Below, in pieces: positions 1 to 10,111 of a stretch of 64,000 nt of DNA. Source of the stretch: a virus (taxonomy: Duplodnaviria > Caudoviricetes); IMG/VR virus record IMGVR_UViG_3300031851_000001. One strand, given 5' to 3'. A program made the position numbers and the translations under genes. Position 1 is the first letter of the stretch; the number at the start of each line of letters is the position of its first letter. Under the pieces are notes generated by a model that was not told the origin of the DNA, ran no database searches, and worked only from the letters and a program-made list of their open reading frames with translations.

Positions 1-177
1 ATCTATTATTTCTGGCAAAGACTCGTGGTTTATATGTAGGAGTGCTTCGTATTCATAATACGCTTGGTCTTTGTAACAGTAAGTTACATTATCTTTTTTA
101 ACGCGATATACGTTGCGCGTTGATTTTGGTTTAACACGCAAATGCTCGTCGAACATGACTTCATAGCCTGTTAACAT
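1..177 (-). CDS. partial ORF running off the left edge; protein-kinase-like N-lobe
   Basis: Hand translation MLTGYEVMF...NVYRVKKDNVTYCYKDQAYYEYEALLHINHESLPEIID resembles kinase subdomains I-IV; minus-strand TATAAATA at 204-211 upstream. Confidence 0.4.
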   Translation of the reverse strand, partial: MLTGYEVMFDEHLRVKPKSTRNVYRVKKDNVTYCYKDQAYYEYEALLHINHESLPEIID

Positions 178-189
178 TTTTTAATATCC

Positions 190-197
190 TATAAATA
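190..197 (+). promoter_or_regulatory. T4-type late promoter TATAAATA
   Basis: Exact TATAAATA upstream of the radical SAM operon. Confidence 0.7.
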
Positions 198-203
198 CAT
201 CTA

Positions 204-211
204 TATTTATA
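204..211 (-). promoter_or_regulatory. T4-type late promoter TATAAATA (minus strand)
   Basis: TATTTATA on the plus strand, upstream of the leftward ORF starting at 177. Confidence 0.6.
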
Positions 212-219
212 ATGAAAGT

Positions 220-1413
220 ATGACAATGAAATGTATAGTTCCGGAAACCGGGATTACAATTAATCCTATTGGCGAAATGGTTATATGTTGTGCAGGTGAC
301 AACGTAGCGCTTTCGCATATCAAAGATGTGGATAACCTTACCGAGTTTTTTAATGGCGAAGTGTATGATAAACTTCGTTCTGACTTCAAAGAAAAGTCGT
401 TTCCAAAACAATGTAACGTATGTTGGAGACATTGGGATGCAGGTCGTATTGCTAGGTTTGACTCATACAACCGATTTAGCTTTCCTACATATGAAGAAGA
501 TTTAGCGTCTGACGTTATTCCTATTAGATTTCTTGAGATCACAACAAGTAACATATGCAATCAAATGTGTGTCTCTTGTTCTGGTAAGTATTCTTCTAAG
601 TGGTCGCCATATGAAAAAATGGCGGTTGAGTCTGGTCTAACATGGCGCAACGAAAACCACAAGTTCCATACCAAAATGTATAAAATGACTAAGGCTGATG
701 TTGATAAGGTATTGGATATAGTTCCACACCTGCAGCATTTAACTATTAAGGGTGGTGAACCTTTTGCTGATCCTAATAACATAAAGATACTAAAAAAGTT
801 AGCCGAAACTAATCCCGGCTGCAGGGTAGAGATATGCACAAACATGCAACTCGTAACTAACACAGTTATTGAAATATTGCATCAGATAAACGAAGTACAT
901 ATTCAAGCAAGCATTGACGGCATACATGAAATGTATGATTGGATACGTGGAGGTAACTTTAAGAAGACAGTAAACAACATTAAGAGATACCACGAACACT
1001 CTGGACGTAAGGTAGTTATTGTATCAACAGTATCTGTATATAATTGGATGCACCTTCCAGAACTTATCGACTATTGGAAAACTATTGAGGGCGTGGATAG
1101 AATTAGCATGGCTAACCTTGTTACATTCCCTAAATATTGTAGTCCATGTTACCTAGACGAACACCACATAGAAGAAGGCAGAAACAAACTATTTGATTAC
1201 TTAAAAGATTGGGATAAAAAGTCAGACACTTATTATACGACAGACAACCTACATTTATCAGGCATGAATAATGTATTGAGTGTGGTACAAGGTGATGATG
1301 ATATTAAACTAATACAAAAACGAATGATACAATGGATCGACTTTTGTTTAGTCGCTCGTGAAAACAATGAAGATATATATGAGTTAGCACCATACTTAGA
1401 GGATTACAGATGA
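220..1413 (+). CDS. radical SAM protein with N-terminal SPASM/twitch-like Cys domain
   Basis: CNQMCVSC (CxxxCxxC), GGEP, N-terminal C..P...I...GEMVICC...CNVC. Confidence 0.85.
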   Translation: MTMKCIVPETGITINPIGEMVICCAGDNVALSHIKDVDNLTEFFNGEVYDKLRSDFKEKSFPKQCNVCWRHWDAGRIARFDSYNRFSFPTYEEDLASDVIPIRFLEITTSNICNQMCVSCSGKYSSKWSPYEKMAVESGLTWRNENHKFHTKMYKMTKADVDKVLDIVPHLQHLTIKGGEPFADPNNIKILKKLAETNPGCRVEICTNMQLVTNTVIEILHQINEVHIQASIDGIHEMYDWIRGGNFKKTVNNIKRYHEHSGRKVVIVSTVSVYNWMHLPELIDYWKTIEGVDRISMANLVTFPKYCSPCYLDEHHIEEGRNKLFDYLKDWDKKSDTYYTTDNLHLSGMNNVLSVVQGDDDIKLIQKRMIQWIDFCLVARENNEDIYELAPYLEDYR

Positions 1414-2480
1414 GTTGGGATTTTTTTCAATCCAATAGAACAATACCATCTCAACATAAGATGGTTTCTTGTTATGCTCCATTTAATCATATGCGAATCC
1501 GTAGAAACGGAGAAATGCACCCATGCTGTTTTTCAACACAAAAAACACGTTGGAAAAAAGATGAAGTTAGCCTAAAAGATTATTGGTTTGGAGAGTTAAA
1601 CCAATCATATCAAGAAGCATTATTAGAAAATACTCTACACGACGGTTGCCAAAAAGTATGCGGTGCTAGAATAAATTCTAAAATAAAGCCGCCTATCAAT
1701 GAATACGATCATAATGTTGGTGACGATAGACTTAAACACGCATTATCATTATCTTATCCTAGAATTTTTGAGTTCGAAATATCAAATCTTTGCAACATGG
1801 CTTGTCCAATGTGTATGGGTGAGTTAAGTTCAAAGCATATGTTAGGACGCGATAAAAACTTAAAAGTTTATGACCCAAACACATTTGACGATGATGAAAA
1901 TTTACAATCGTTACTAGAAGAATTTAAAGAATTTGTTCCACACCTTGATGAAATAAGATTTGTTGGTGGAGAACCTTTTTCGCACAAAGCGTTATATAAA
2001 CTATGTAGTATGATTGCTAAAATTAATCCTAGTATGCGTATTCAAGTGTGTACTAATGGAAGTGTGTTTAATAAAAAAGTTCTTAAAATATGTAATGAAA
2101 ATAATTTAAAGTTAACCATATCTGTTGATACAGTTGTTCCAAAAGAATATAGCCAGATTAGAATTGGTGGTAATTATGAAGAGACTTATAATAATGTGAA
2201 GAGATTTGGCGAACGTTGCAAAGTTACAGTAAACGCGACTCTTATGTCTATAAACGCATTGAATATAGACAAGTTATTTGAATATGCTATGGAAAATGAA
2301 TATGGTGTTTTCATAAACACTTATGATAGATCAGGCAGAAGTCATACTGAAGATTGGAGCATAAGTACAATGAAAATGGTTGACAGGCAAGCTTCAGTTG
2401 ACAGGCTTACTGCTTTATTGGGTGATGAAAATTATAAGAGACACTATGAAGAAATTAGAAAGATTATTAATTTGTTATGA
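1410..2480 (+). CDS. radical SAM protein with N-terminal SPASM/twitch-like Cys domain
   Basis: CNMACPMC, GGEP, N-terminal CYAPF...NGEMHPCC...CQKVC. Confidence 0.85.
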   Translation: MSWDFFQSNRTIPSQHKMVSCYAPFNHMRIRRNGEMHPCCFSTQKTRWKKDEVSLKDYWFGELNQSYQEALLENTLHDGCQKVCGARINSKIKPPINEYDHNVGDDRLKHALSLSYPRIFEFEISNLCNMACPMCMGELSSKHMLGRDKNLKVYDPNTFDDDENLQSLLEEFKEFVPHLDEIRFVGGEPFSHKALYKLCSMIAKINPSMRIQVCTNGSVFNKKVLKICNENNLKLTISVDTVVPKEYSQIRIGGNYEETYNNVKRFGERCKVTVNATLMSINALNIDKLFEYAMENEYGVFINTYDRSGRSHTEDWSISTMKMVDRQASVDRLTALLGDENYKRHYEEIRKIINLL

Positions 2481-3085
2481 AACCAGATAATATAATATTC
2501 GTAAAGCATGGTGATAAGTATACTGCCGAACATGTCAATAGATTAAGAGATCAGCTTAGAGAATATTACCCTAAGGCTCAATACCTGTGTTATACAGAAG
2601 ATCCGTCTGGCGTTGAAATCGAAAAAATTCCATGTTTTAAAAAACCAACACTCAGATTTTGGTGGAATAAACTTGCAATGTTTAGTGCAGACTTTCCTGT
2701 AGAAGGTAAGTGTTTATTTTTTGATTTAGATATGGATATTAAAGAAGATCCATCGACATTTTTAAAATGGGACGGATTAACAATACTTAAAGATTATTGG
2801 AAAGACGATTTGTACATGGCCGCGCATGCTTATGATGTTCACATAAATAGTTCTGTGATCACGTGGACTGCTGGAGAACAGACGCACATATGGGATCACT
2901 TCTTATCTAACAAAGATTACTTCATGCGTAAGTATAAAGGTATAGATAGATTTTTAGTCCACGAAGGATTAGAGTTTAATACCTTTGAGCATGGTTTAGT
3001 AAACAGTGTCGCTAATGAATTTAGGAATGCACCAATTGATATGTATAATGGAATGAAATATGAGCTACCTAGAAACAATCTATAA
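2477..3085 (+). CDS. GT-A fold glycosyltransferase-like protein
   Basis: VKHGDKY...HVNRL N-terminus, WWNKL, FFDLD DxD motif. Confidence 0.65.
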   Translation: MKPDNIIFVKHGDKYTAEHVNRLRDQLREYYPKAQYLCYTEDPSGVEIEKIPCFKKPTLRFWWNKLAMFSADFPVEGKCLFFDLDMDIKEDPSTFLKWDGLTILKDYWKDDLYMAAHAYDVHINSSVITWTAGEQTHIWDHFLSNKDYFMRKYKGIDRFLVHEGLEFNTFEHGLVNSVANEFRNAPIDMYNGMKYELPRNNL

Positions 3086-3725
3086 AAATGCATTAAACGA
3101 ATGTGAAAATATTTACAGAGAATCACAGTACAATAAAGACGTAGATTTATATAGAAGCTACGACATTATGAACTCTGTCAACGAAACACAGTTGAAAAGC
3201 AAGCAATGGCTTGTTGACACCCTAGTACCTTTTCTTACAGACAAACAATTTAGATGGTGTCCACTGCAAGATATTATTATTCTTGGCGGGTGGTATGGCA
3301 TGAATGGAATGTTGCTTCGCCAAAAGATCGACAACGATATTAATATATGGAACGTTGATACAGACCCACTATGTTTAAAATATTCATATGCACTACAGGC
3401 TGGCAACGATGATTACAAAAACAATCATTCAATTACTGATGATGCTTTAGACTATTTTTTTACTAGGTCCGATGCATATCAACTTATTATTAATACAAGC
3501 TGTGAGCATATGGAACCAGATGATATACGTTTAATCCTTGGTGCTAAGACACGAGAAACTGTGATTTGTTTTCAAAGCAATAATTACCATTCTATCCAAA
3601 GTCATATCAATACACACAATAGCCTAGATGAGTTTGTTGAGTCGCTAGACTTAGCTGGTGTTTTGTGGAAGGGTGAAATGCAAGTTAATGAGGAATGCAC
3701 ACGTTATATGGTGATAGGCGTATGA
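3060..3725 (+). CDS. class I SAM-dependent methyltransferase-like protein
   Basis: IIILGGWYG glycine loop, NVDTD acidic strand, INTSCEHM. Confidence 0.65.
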   Translation: MSYLETIYKNALNECENIYRESQYNKDVDLYRSYDIMNSVNETQLKSKQWLVDTLVPFLTDKQFRWCPLQDIIILGGWYGMNGMLLRQKIDNDINIWNVDTDPLCLKYSYALQAGNDDYKNNHSITDDALDYFFTRSDAYQLIINTSCEHMEPDDIRLILGAKTRETVICFQSNNYHSIQSHINTHNSLDEFVESLDLAGVLWKGEMQVNEECTRYMVIGV

Positions 3726-5437
3726 AGAGAGTTATTTTCACAACATATGACGATATAAAAAAAGAGAACGACCAGTGGGGAATGAATTATTACGCTACTG
3801 AGTCTATTAATGAATATTTTGATAGGTTAATCTCAAACAAAGAAGAGTATGCCAACAGTCTAATCAATGTTGAGTTTAAGTTTTATCACAATACGATGAA
3901 AGACTTTAATGTTGACACTGAACTAGAGTTTACAAAGGCTAATATATACAAACACCATATTATGGCAGAGTTAGCTGAAGAGTTTGACGAAGTTATGTAT
4001 GTAGATATGGATGTTGTTTTCAATACGGAAAAGAACGTGTTTGATGAATTGGATTTGAGTAAAGGCATTCACATCCAAGTACAGACACACGAAGTTACAA
4101 GCAAGGACATTGAAGGTGTTATGTTTGAAAATATCGGAAACCGTTCTCCTACATTGAAATACCACATCACAAAAGATTTATTAAATGGTAAAGATAACCA
4201 CGTAATGAATACTGGTATTATGATCGCCAAGTCTGAGCATATCAAGAAAATTAAATACATTGAAAGACTTCCTAGCATCATAAAAAGAATACAAGATATG
4301 CGAGTTTCTGGAGTAAGCAATGATGAATACAAATTTCTTAGAATGTATTACTACCCAAACAACGAAAGCATTTTTTCGTATATCATGGAAAGTACAGACA
4401 TTCCTTATGAGATTATGGATGAGAGATGGCACAAGATCATCAAAGATACCCCGCAACCATTGGATTGGGATAACATTGAGATTGCGCATTTCATAGGTAA
4501 AAAGTTTAGCACGTTCTTCCAAGATAAGACAAAGTTAATATATTCTATTTACATTGAAATACCCGATGAACACTTAGATAATCCAAGAGGACCTAAAGAC
4601 GATCCTGTAAACAAAAGCAAGCGAACTAAAGAAAGGCTGGCTGCATATAAAGATAAGCTGTACGACAACCATCTTGAATATGCACATGCTCAAAAGGCAA
4701 CTTATATTCACTTTGGCAGAGATGATAGATACGAAAAGTTTCGTGCTAGGTTTCCCGATTTGTCAGAATATGATATAATCAATTTATATAAGGTATATCT
4801 TTTAGATTACATGACGCACTATTATGATTTAGTATTGTACGTGGACTTTGATGTTTGGTTTGATAAATTCGAAGTTAACACCTTTGATTGGTTAATGGGT
4901 GAGCATCTGCTTTGTTGTGATGCAGCTAACGCTGAAAATTCTGGCGTAAAACTTTGGGATGCATTATATCTTAAAAACTATGATAAAGACTTTAGGTCAC
5001 CAGAAGCCAAGTATTGGAACTGCCATGCAATGTTATCTGAAGAAGATGTTGAGCCTGACAATTATGTTTTCAATACAGGTATTATGATGGCAAGTAAAAA
5101 GGTTATGGAACAGTTAGATTACTTTTCTGATATAGATGAAACCCTTGCTATGATGAAAGAACTAAAGGAAGACTCCATATATCCACCACAAGTGCAAGAA
5201 TCATTTGGGTACGACAATGAAACAATCATGGCGTACAAAGTTAAAATGAATAATGTGTTTGTGCAAAGATTATCTCAGACGTGGCATCTTAAACATATGA
5301 GCGAAAAAATTCAAGCGTTTGATAAAAATACAAATGAATATGAAATTAGTAAACAAAAACTAAAAGCAGAAATGGCTGAACACAATACAGTAATGGTTCA
5401 CATGATTTCTAAGAACTTTGGATTACTGGTCGAGTAA
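3722..5437 (+). CDS. tandem two-domain GT-A glycosyltransferase
   Basis: Two repeated halves with YVDMDV / YVDFDV DxD motifs, MNTGIM / FNTGIM, and NNESIF / DNETIM. Confidence 0.7.
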   Translation: MKRVIFTTYDDIKKENDQWGMNYYATESINEYFDRLISNKEEYANSLINVEFKFYHNTMKDFNVDTELEFTKANIYKHHIMAELAEEFDEVMYVDMDVVFNTEKNVFDELDLSKGIHIQVQTHEVTSKDIEGVMFENIGNRSPTLKYHITKDLLNGKDNHVMNTGIMIAKSEHIKKIKYIERLPSIIKRIQDMRVSGVSNDEYKFLRMYYYPNNESIFSYIMESTDIPYEIMDERWHKIIKDTPQPLDWDNIEIAHFIGKKFSTFFQDKTKLIYSIYIEIPDEHLDNPRGPKDDPVNKSKRTKERLAAYKDKLYDNHLEYAHAQKATYIHFGRDDRYEKFRARFPDLSEYDIINLYKVYLLDYMTHYYDLVLYVDFDVWFDKFEVNTFDWLMGEHLLCCDAANAENSGVKLWDALYLKNYDKDFRSPEAKYWNCHAMLSEEDVEPDNYVFNTGIMMASKKVMEQLDYFSDIDETLAMMKELKEDSIYPPQVQESFGYDNETIMAYKVKMNNVFVQRLSQTWHLKHMSEKIQAFDKNTNEYEISKQKLKAEMAEHNTVMVHMISKNFGLLVE

Positions 5438-6281
5438 GTGGACTCCAAGGAGTATAATGTCCTTTTATACTATTCTTATAACTATCATCCTGCTTCATAA
5501 GATGTAATGTTAAACCAATCTTAGAACCCTCAAATTCGGTTGGCGCATGCAGCACTGATGTATCTTGTACGATTGCATGGCAATGTTCCCACGGAAATAT
5601 ATTTTCAATACTTAACCCATCGTATACAGATAAAGGAATATGTTTAGGCATGATTTCTTTCAACTTATGTACGTCTCTATTACCAACATCAATATTATCC
5701 ACTCCATAATATGAGTAGTTCATATGCTTAATCACGTTATGGTAATTTGCAAAGGAAGCTATTTCCCTTCCCTTCATAAACATAGTTGCATGTCCACGAT
5801 ACCTTTGATGGAACGTTACATAAGTGCCGGGACCATTAATTTCTAGTGGTATAATAATATCTTTGTATGGTCTGTAACCATCTAAGTGCGTAACGGCGTC
5901 GGTATGTAAACCATATGGCTTTACAGCTTTAAACATTTGATCGCCAACACTCATAGGATCATCGCCAGCTATATCCGAATAGAATATTGTATCCTCACCA
6001 AACTCTTCATATATTTTTGGTCTGATAATATCTGATATTTCTTTGATAAGCATTGGATATACTATTCTATAAATATGTTCGTTAATTATTTCGCCATTTG
6101 TATTAAAGTGGTAATCCCATGCACATAGTAATTGTTCTCTTTCCGTGTCTGTTATGAAATCATGAATTACATAGGAAGGCTCGTTTTGATCTTTGAACAT
6201 CTTAACGTTTGGGTTATGTATAATGTCCATAGTTCTGAGTTCATCATCAGAAAAAGGTCTATCAGTTCTGTATATATTCAT
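5409..6281 (-). CDS. 2OG-Fe(II)/cupin oxygenase-like protein
   Basis: LHTD (HxD) with distal VLHAP His. Confidence 0.55.
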   Translation of the reverse strand: MNIYRTDRPFSDDELRTMDIIHNPNVKMFKDQNEPSYVIHDFITDTEREQLLCAWDYHFNTNGEIINEHIYRIVYPMLIKEISDIIRPKIYEEFGEDTIFYSDIAGDDPMSVGDQMFKAVKPYGLHTDAVTHLDGYRPYKDIIIPLEINGPGTYVTFHQRYRGHATMFMKGREIASFANYHNVIKHMNYSYYGVDNIDVGNRDVHKLKEIMPKHIPLSVYDGLSIENIFPWEHCHAIVQDTSVLHAPTEFEGSKIGLTLHLMKQDDSYKNSIKGHYTPWSPLTRPVIQSS

Positions 6282-6741
6282 TAGGTATTGCCTCTATTAC
6301 TTCTTGCCAAGTTTCTCTCATTACAAATTTCATCTGCAGCCTTTCATACGGTACTGGGTCAACCCAATGTCTTATATCGCCATTGTTAATTGCCATTGCT
6401 TCGTAAGGTACGTTGCCTACACCTTCAATACCTATAACTGGCGTTTGATCCATTAAGTTTATTTGTATAGATGTAACATGATCTTCATCATAGTGTATAG
6501 GTATGTCGTTATTAGTTTCTAACCAATAAAACCTTGGTCTATTATCAAACTGTTGAATATTCAAAGCCTCTGCTACTTCATTTATATTAGGGTCCTCACC
6601 TTGTTGCGGATAAGTCTGCCACCATTTATCTACTTGGTCAAACTGTTTCCACTGATACCAGCGTCCGGTATTTCGCCATGCCTCTGCTACTTCTCTAAAG
6701 CGCGGTTTATCTATTTTAAAGTTAAGATGTAGTAAATTCAT
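6262..6741 (-). CDS. 2OG-Fe(II)/cupin oxygenase-like protein
   Basis: IPIHYD (HxD), distal RHWV, C-terminal RLQMKF. Confidence 0.6.
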   Translation of the reverse strand: MNLLHLNFKIDKPRFREVAEAWRNTGRWYQWKQFDQVDKWWQTYPQQGEDPNINEVAEALNIQQFDNRPRFYWLETNNDIPIHYDEDHVTSIQINLMDQTPVIGIEGVGNVPYEAMAINNGDIRHWVDPVPYERLQMKFVMRETWQEVIEAIPNEYIQN

Positions 6742-7165
6742 ATTCAGATAATTCGTTAAAAATTTCTATTGCTTCATTAATTGGTTCTTGGAATGATATA
6801 TTGATACTATACCTAGTATGTTCGTTATTAAATACAGCATGCCTAGATTGAGTATTCAACAACATTACACCACTAAACGTTTCATCCTCAAAAGAGCAGG
6901 GTGCATAATGGCCAGATAGCGGATAGCTTAGTGCAGCGTTTCGTTTACCATCAACATGCCAATCCATAACGTCGTGTGGTTCTAACTTTATGAGTGCAAC
7001 ATTACGATTTGCAAATTTTAATCCTGTTTGATAATAATACATTCCCATACGATTACCTGATACTGTGGATTGATATGGTGTCCACTCTTTAACACTTTCA
7101 GCCATGTTTAAAAAATCGTTGTGACGCTCTTCCGATAAAAACCGTGGCAATTCATAATAATTCAT
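6722..7165 (-). CDS. 2OG-Fe(II) oxygenase-like protein
   Basis: DWHVD, distal RHAVFN, TRYSINISF. Confidence 0.7.
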   Translation of the reverse strand: MNYYELPRFLSEERHNDFLNMAESVKEWTPYQSTVSGNRMGMYYYQTGLKFANRNVALIKLEPHDVMDWHVDGKRNAALSYPLSGHYAPCSFEDETFSGVMLLNTQSRHAVFNNEHTRYSINISFQEPINEAIEIFNELSEYEFTTS

Positions 7166-7881
7166 TTGTAAAATCCTTTAAATATTCTAAATATTTCTTG
7201 GTGACCTTTTGCATTAGGGTGTCTATCTTGTTTGCTAATCATACAATCCCCTTGCATTAATTCTTCAAAACAACAACCGCCATATTGCCAGTGAAAAGGC
7301 CAACCAAACATATTGCCTTTTCTCTTGTGTATCATATTAAAGTAATTAGAGTCTAACATATCATATACATCTTTGTTTTCAACAAGTGGATATATCATTT
7401 GAAACACAATAAGTTCTATATTTTTGTGTGAACATAAATCCATTAATACATATAATTGAAATAGAGTTTCTTCTACAAGGCATTTTTTAGTATTATCATC
7501 AAATGGAATAATATTAAAATAATCGTCGTGTCTATTTGTCCATTTTTGATGTTTGGCTTTTTGTTCTTCAGACACGTCATTATCCCATACAACATTTTTG
7601 TTTGTGTTTGGATTAAAACGATTGTCACCGGGAGTAGAAAATCTATACCACTGAGATAAGGCTATAATACATCTAGTAGTATTACATGTATATATTTGTT
7701 TTATTGCTCTCTTTATTATTTCTACATTACCGAGAGCATCTCCATAAACGTTAACAACGTCCCAGTCATAATAATCTTGTAATAACTCATCCCACTTTGG
7801 ATATGATGTGTCGTAGCTGGGGTGGATCCTTGGAAAATAATTTCTGTTAGACCAACTGCAGCCAGACAGTATTGTTTTCAT
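7162..7881 (-). CDS. SGNH/GDSL hydrolase-like protein
   Basis: SGCSWS block I, DRHPNAKGH block V. Confidence 0.65.
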   Translation of the reverse strand: MKTILSGCSWSNRNYFPRIHPSYDTSYPKWDELLQDYYDWDVVNVYGDALGNVEIIKRAIKQIYTCNTTRCIIALSQWYRFSTPGDNRFNPNTNKNVVWDNDVSEEQKAKHQKWTNRHDDYFNIIPFDDNTKKCLVEETLFQLYVLMDLCSHKNIELIVFQMIYPLVENKDVYDMLDSNYFNMIHKRKGNMFGWPFHWQYGGCCFEELMQGDCMISKQDRHPNAKGHQEIFRIFKGFYK

Positions 7882-8372
7882 AACATAGTGCCGACGATAT
7901 GAGTTCGAGATGATGTAGAAGCATTAACAAATGTGTGAATGTTTGTTGTGTCTACCTCATAAACACTGCCATCTGCCGGCAGCCTAAAGATTTCATCGTT
8001 CATAACAAAGAAGTTATTATCGTTGGTTTCAATTGGTATATGTATTCTTTTAGTAAAGTCTTTGTGATAAGTATAACATGTTTTACCATTCAATATCATA
8101 ACCCTACTATATGCCAGATTGTATTTTCCTAACAAAGAGTTGATATATGGCAATGCAAAATGAAACTCAACCAAGTCTTTGGCTGTTACTTTCGTTTGTC
8201 TTTCCCAAGCGTTAGTTTGGTTTGTTGCAGGTACTATATGTTTAAATACACTATCTTCAACACGTTCACCTTGAAGTGCGTAAGTCGTTTCATGGTGAAT
8301 AAGAGATAACTCACTCTTAATTTTTTCGAGATCAACTGTATCAATTACTCTATAATAAGATTGTCTATCCAT
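7878..8372 (-). CDS. aspartyl/asparaginyl beta-hydroxylase family 2OG oxygenase
   Basis: YHKD..RIHIPIETN...HTFVNASTSSRTHIV. Confidence 0.8.
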   Translation of the reverse strand: MDRQSYYRVIDTVDLEKIKSELSLIHHETTYALQGERVEDSVFKHIVPATNQTNAWERQTKVTAKDLVEFHFALPYINSLLGKYNLAYSRVMILNGKTCYTYHKDFTKRIHIPIETNDNNFFVMNDEIFRLPADGSVYEVDTTNIHTFVNASTSSRTHIVGTML

Positions 8373-8809
8373 GCTTGTTCGCTCACTGTAAAATCATTTG
8401 GATGGTTAATTGTTATAGCGGTTTGTGTACCCGTAATTCCAGAAACGGAATTTTTAACGTGCGAGTCAATAAGATACCATTCTCCTGCTACCGCTGTAAT
8501 AGAAGACGTAACATTATCGTCAGCATCGTGAGCATGTAATATTGTGCCTACAGGATCAATAATATATAATATTCTCCAACGCGACTCCGTTGTAAAAATT
8601 CTACTATTTTTAGTCGAGTCTGACTCCTGATAACGAGTGTGTGAGTTATTTAAAATCTCTTCTAATATTTGTTCGTCTACTAAAGTTGATGTTGCGTCTG
8701 CAAGAGTCCAAGCAGTGTAATTGATAATTGAACTATCGTATTCAATTTCTAGTGCGTTGTGGATTGGCGAAGGCATTGTCAACTGTGGTAAGTTTAGTTT
8801 TTTAATCAT
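8345..8809 (-). CDS. cupin/oxygenase-like protein, possibly degenerate
   Basis: LHAHDAD and WYLIDSHVKNSV resemble the neighbouring oxygenases, but the distal His position appears to be Asn. Confidence 0.4.
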   Translation of the reverse strand: MIKKLNLPQLTMPSPIHNALEIEYDSSIINYTAWTLADATSTLVDEQILEEILNNSHTRYQESDSTKNSRIFTTESRWRILYIIDPVGTILHAHDADDNVTSSITAVAGEWYLIDSHVKNSVSGITGTQTAITINHPNDFTVSEQAWIDNLIIE

Positions 8810-9333
8810 TTTAGTTCTCCGAATGGAATGTCGTGTATCCCCATATGAAAGACGATACGTTCCTTTGTTGGCGATTTTACACCATGTGGTTTTTTTGTAT
8901 TAAGTACAGTCATAGTGTCATATACTATGGAGTCTCTTGTATTCCCATCATCAACATATAATTCGCCAGTATTTTCAGTTACAGGTATCAGTACTGAGCA
9001 ATGGCTCTTAACATCAACATGAACTGGCAACTCTCCACCTTCTAATACTCTAAAAAAGTTGCAGCGGAATTCTTGTGGTCTTATTTCAAATGTATTCCAT
9101 ATTTTTTTAATCAACCTAAGAAGTGGTCTATTAAAATTGTGTATCTCTTGGACAAAGAACTTATTCATTTCTTTACCACCTGTTGCATCACTAACATATT
9201 CTGAATATAGTTTATTACTATCAGTCCATTCGCCAGTTATATAATTTTCCCAAAAAATTGGGTCAACCTTATAATCAGTTTTTATAAACGAATCATTTAT
9301 CCATGTTTTATCCATGTAAATCTTCCTGACCAT
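8806..9333 (-). CDS. 2OG-Fe(II) oxygenase-like protein
   Basis: LPVHVD, distal KPHGV, ERIVFHM; true start may be the ATG at 9315. Confidence 0.7.
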   Translation of the reverse strand: MVRKIYMDKTWINDSFIKTDYKVDPIFWENYITGEWTDSNKLYSEYVSDATGGKEMNKFFVQEIHNFNRPLLRLIKKIWNTFEIRPQEFRCNFFRVLEGGELPVHVDVKSHCSVLIPVTENTGELYVDDGNTRDSIVYDTMTVLNTKKPHGVKSPTKERIVFHMGIHDIPFGELK

Positions 9334-10111
9334 TAACTGATATAATAATATGTGACCGTGTAGTCGTACCTTTGTTCCAAGCCGAATGCCTCATGCCTTG
9401 ATTTAAAAACCATAGTGATCCCGGTTCCATAGTCTGATTTATTTTGCTCCCATCTTTATCTATACAATAAAATCCACAATCATCATTTGTTGTAATCGGA
9501 ATATGAAACCGAATAGAATAATCGGTATTGTAGTCGATATGCTCGGCAACGTAAGCACCCGGCTCCATAATAGCAATTCTTGCTCGTGTAACTTCGCCTT
9601 TAAATGTTTTAAGTATTTCTTCTAGGTAAGTACCCTTTACCCAGTCTTTCATTAAGTTATAGTGTCTTTCGTCAAGTCTGCTTTTAGGTATTTTCTTTTC
9701 ATAGATCCGATCTTCTTCATCTGGGTTATATTTAGTCAAAGCAATTTGTTTATATGGCGATCCATTAACTTCAAATTTGCCCTTGCCATCTTCTACAATA
9801 TAATCTTCAAATGGCTTTACATAGTTTCTAAAATCCCAAGCCATACGCTTGCCGCCTAAACCATTACGGAACTCAGACTCTTTTACATCGTTATCTTGTA
9901 AGAATTGATAAGCATCTTCAATCGTATCAAATTTTAAACCAAAAGCTTTTTGTAACTTTGCAGTTTTTCCACCAACCAAATCTCCATAGCCATCTTTTTC
10001 TTTTAGATCGTCATTTTCTGGTGGCATATTACGAACAACTTCAATGATTTTGTTTACATCAAAATGTGCGTCAAGTTTTTGAAACGGTGGCAGCTCATAT
10101 CTGGTTTTCAT
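9308..10111 (-). CDS. aspartyl/asparaginyl beta-hydroxylase family 2OG oxygenase
   Basis: VAEHIDY..SIRFHIPI...HSAWNKGTTTRSHIII. Confidence 0.8.
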   Translation of the reverse strand: MKTRYELPPFQKLDAHFDVNKIIEVVRNMPPENDDLKEKDGYGDLVGGKTAKLQKAFGLKFDTIEDAYQFLQDNDVKESEFRNGLGGKRMAWDFRNYVKPFEDYIVEDGKGKFEVNGSPYKQIALTKYNPDEEDRIYEKKIPKSRLDERHYNLMKDWVKGTYLEEILKTFKGEVTRARIAIMEPGAYVAEHIDYNTDYSIRFHIPITTNDDCGFYCIDKDGSKINQTMEPGSLWFLNQGMRHSAWNKGTTTRSHIIISVNGQEDLHG

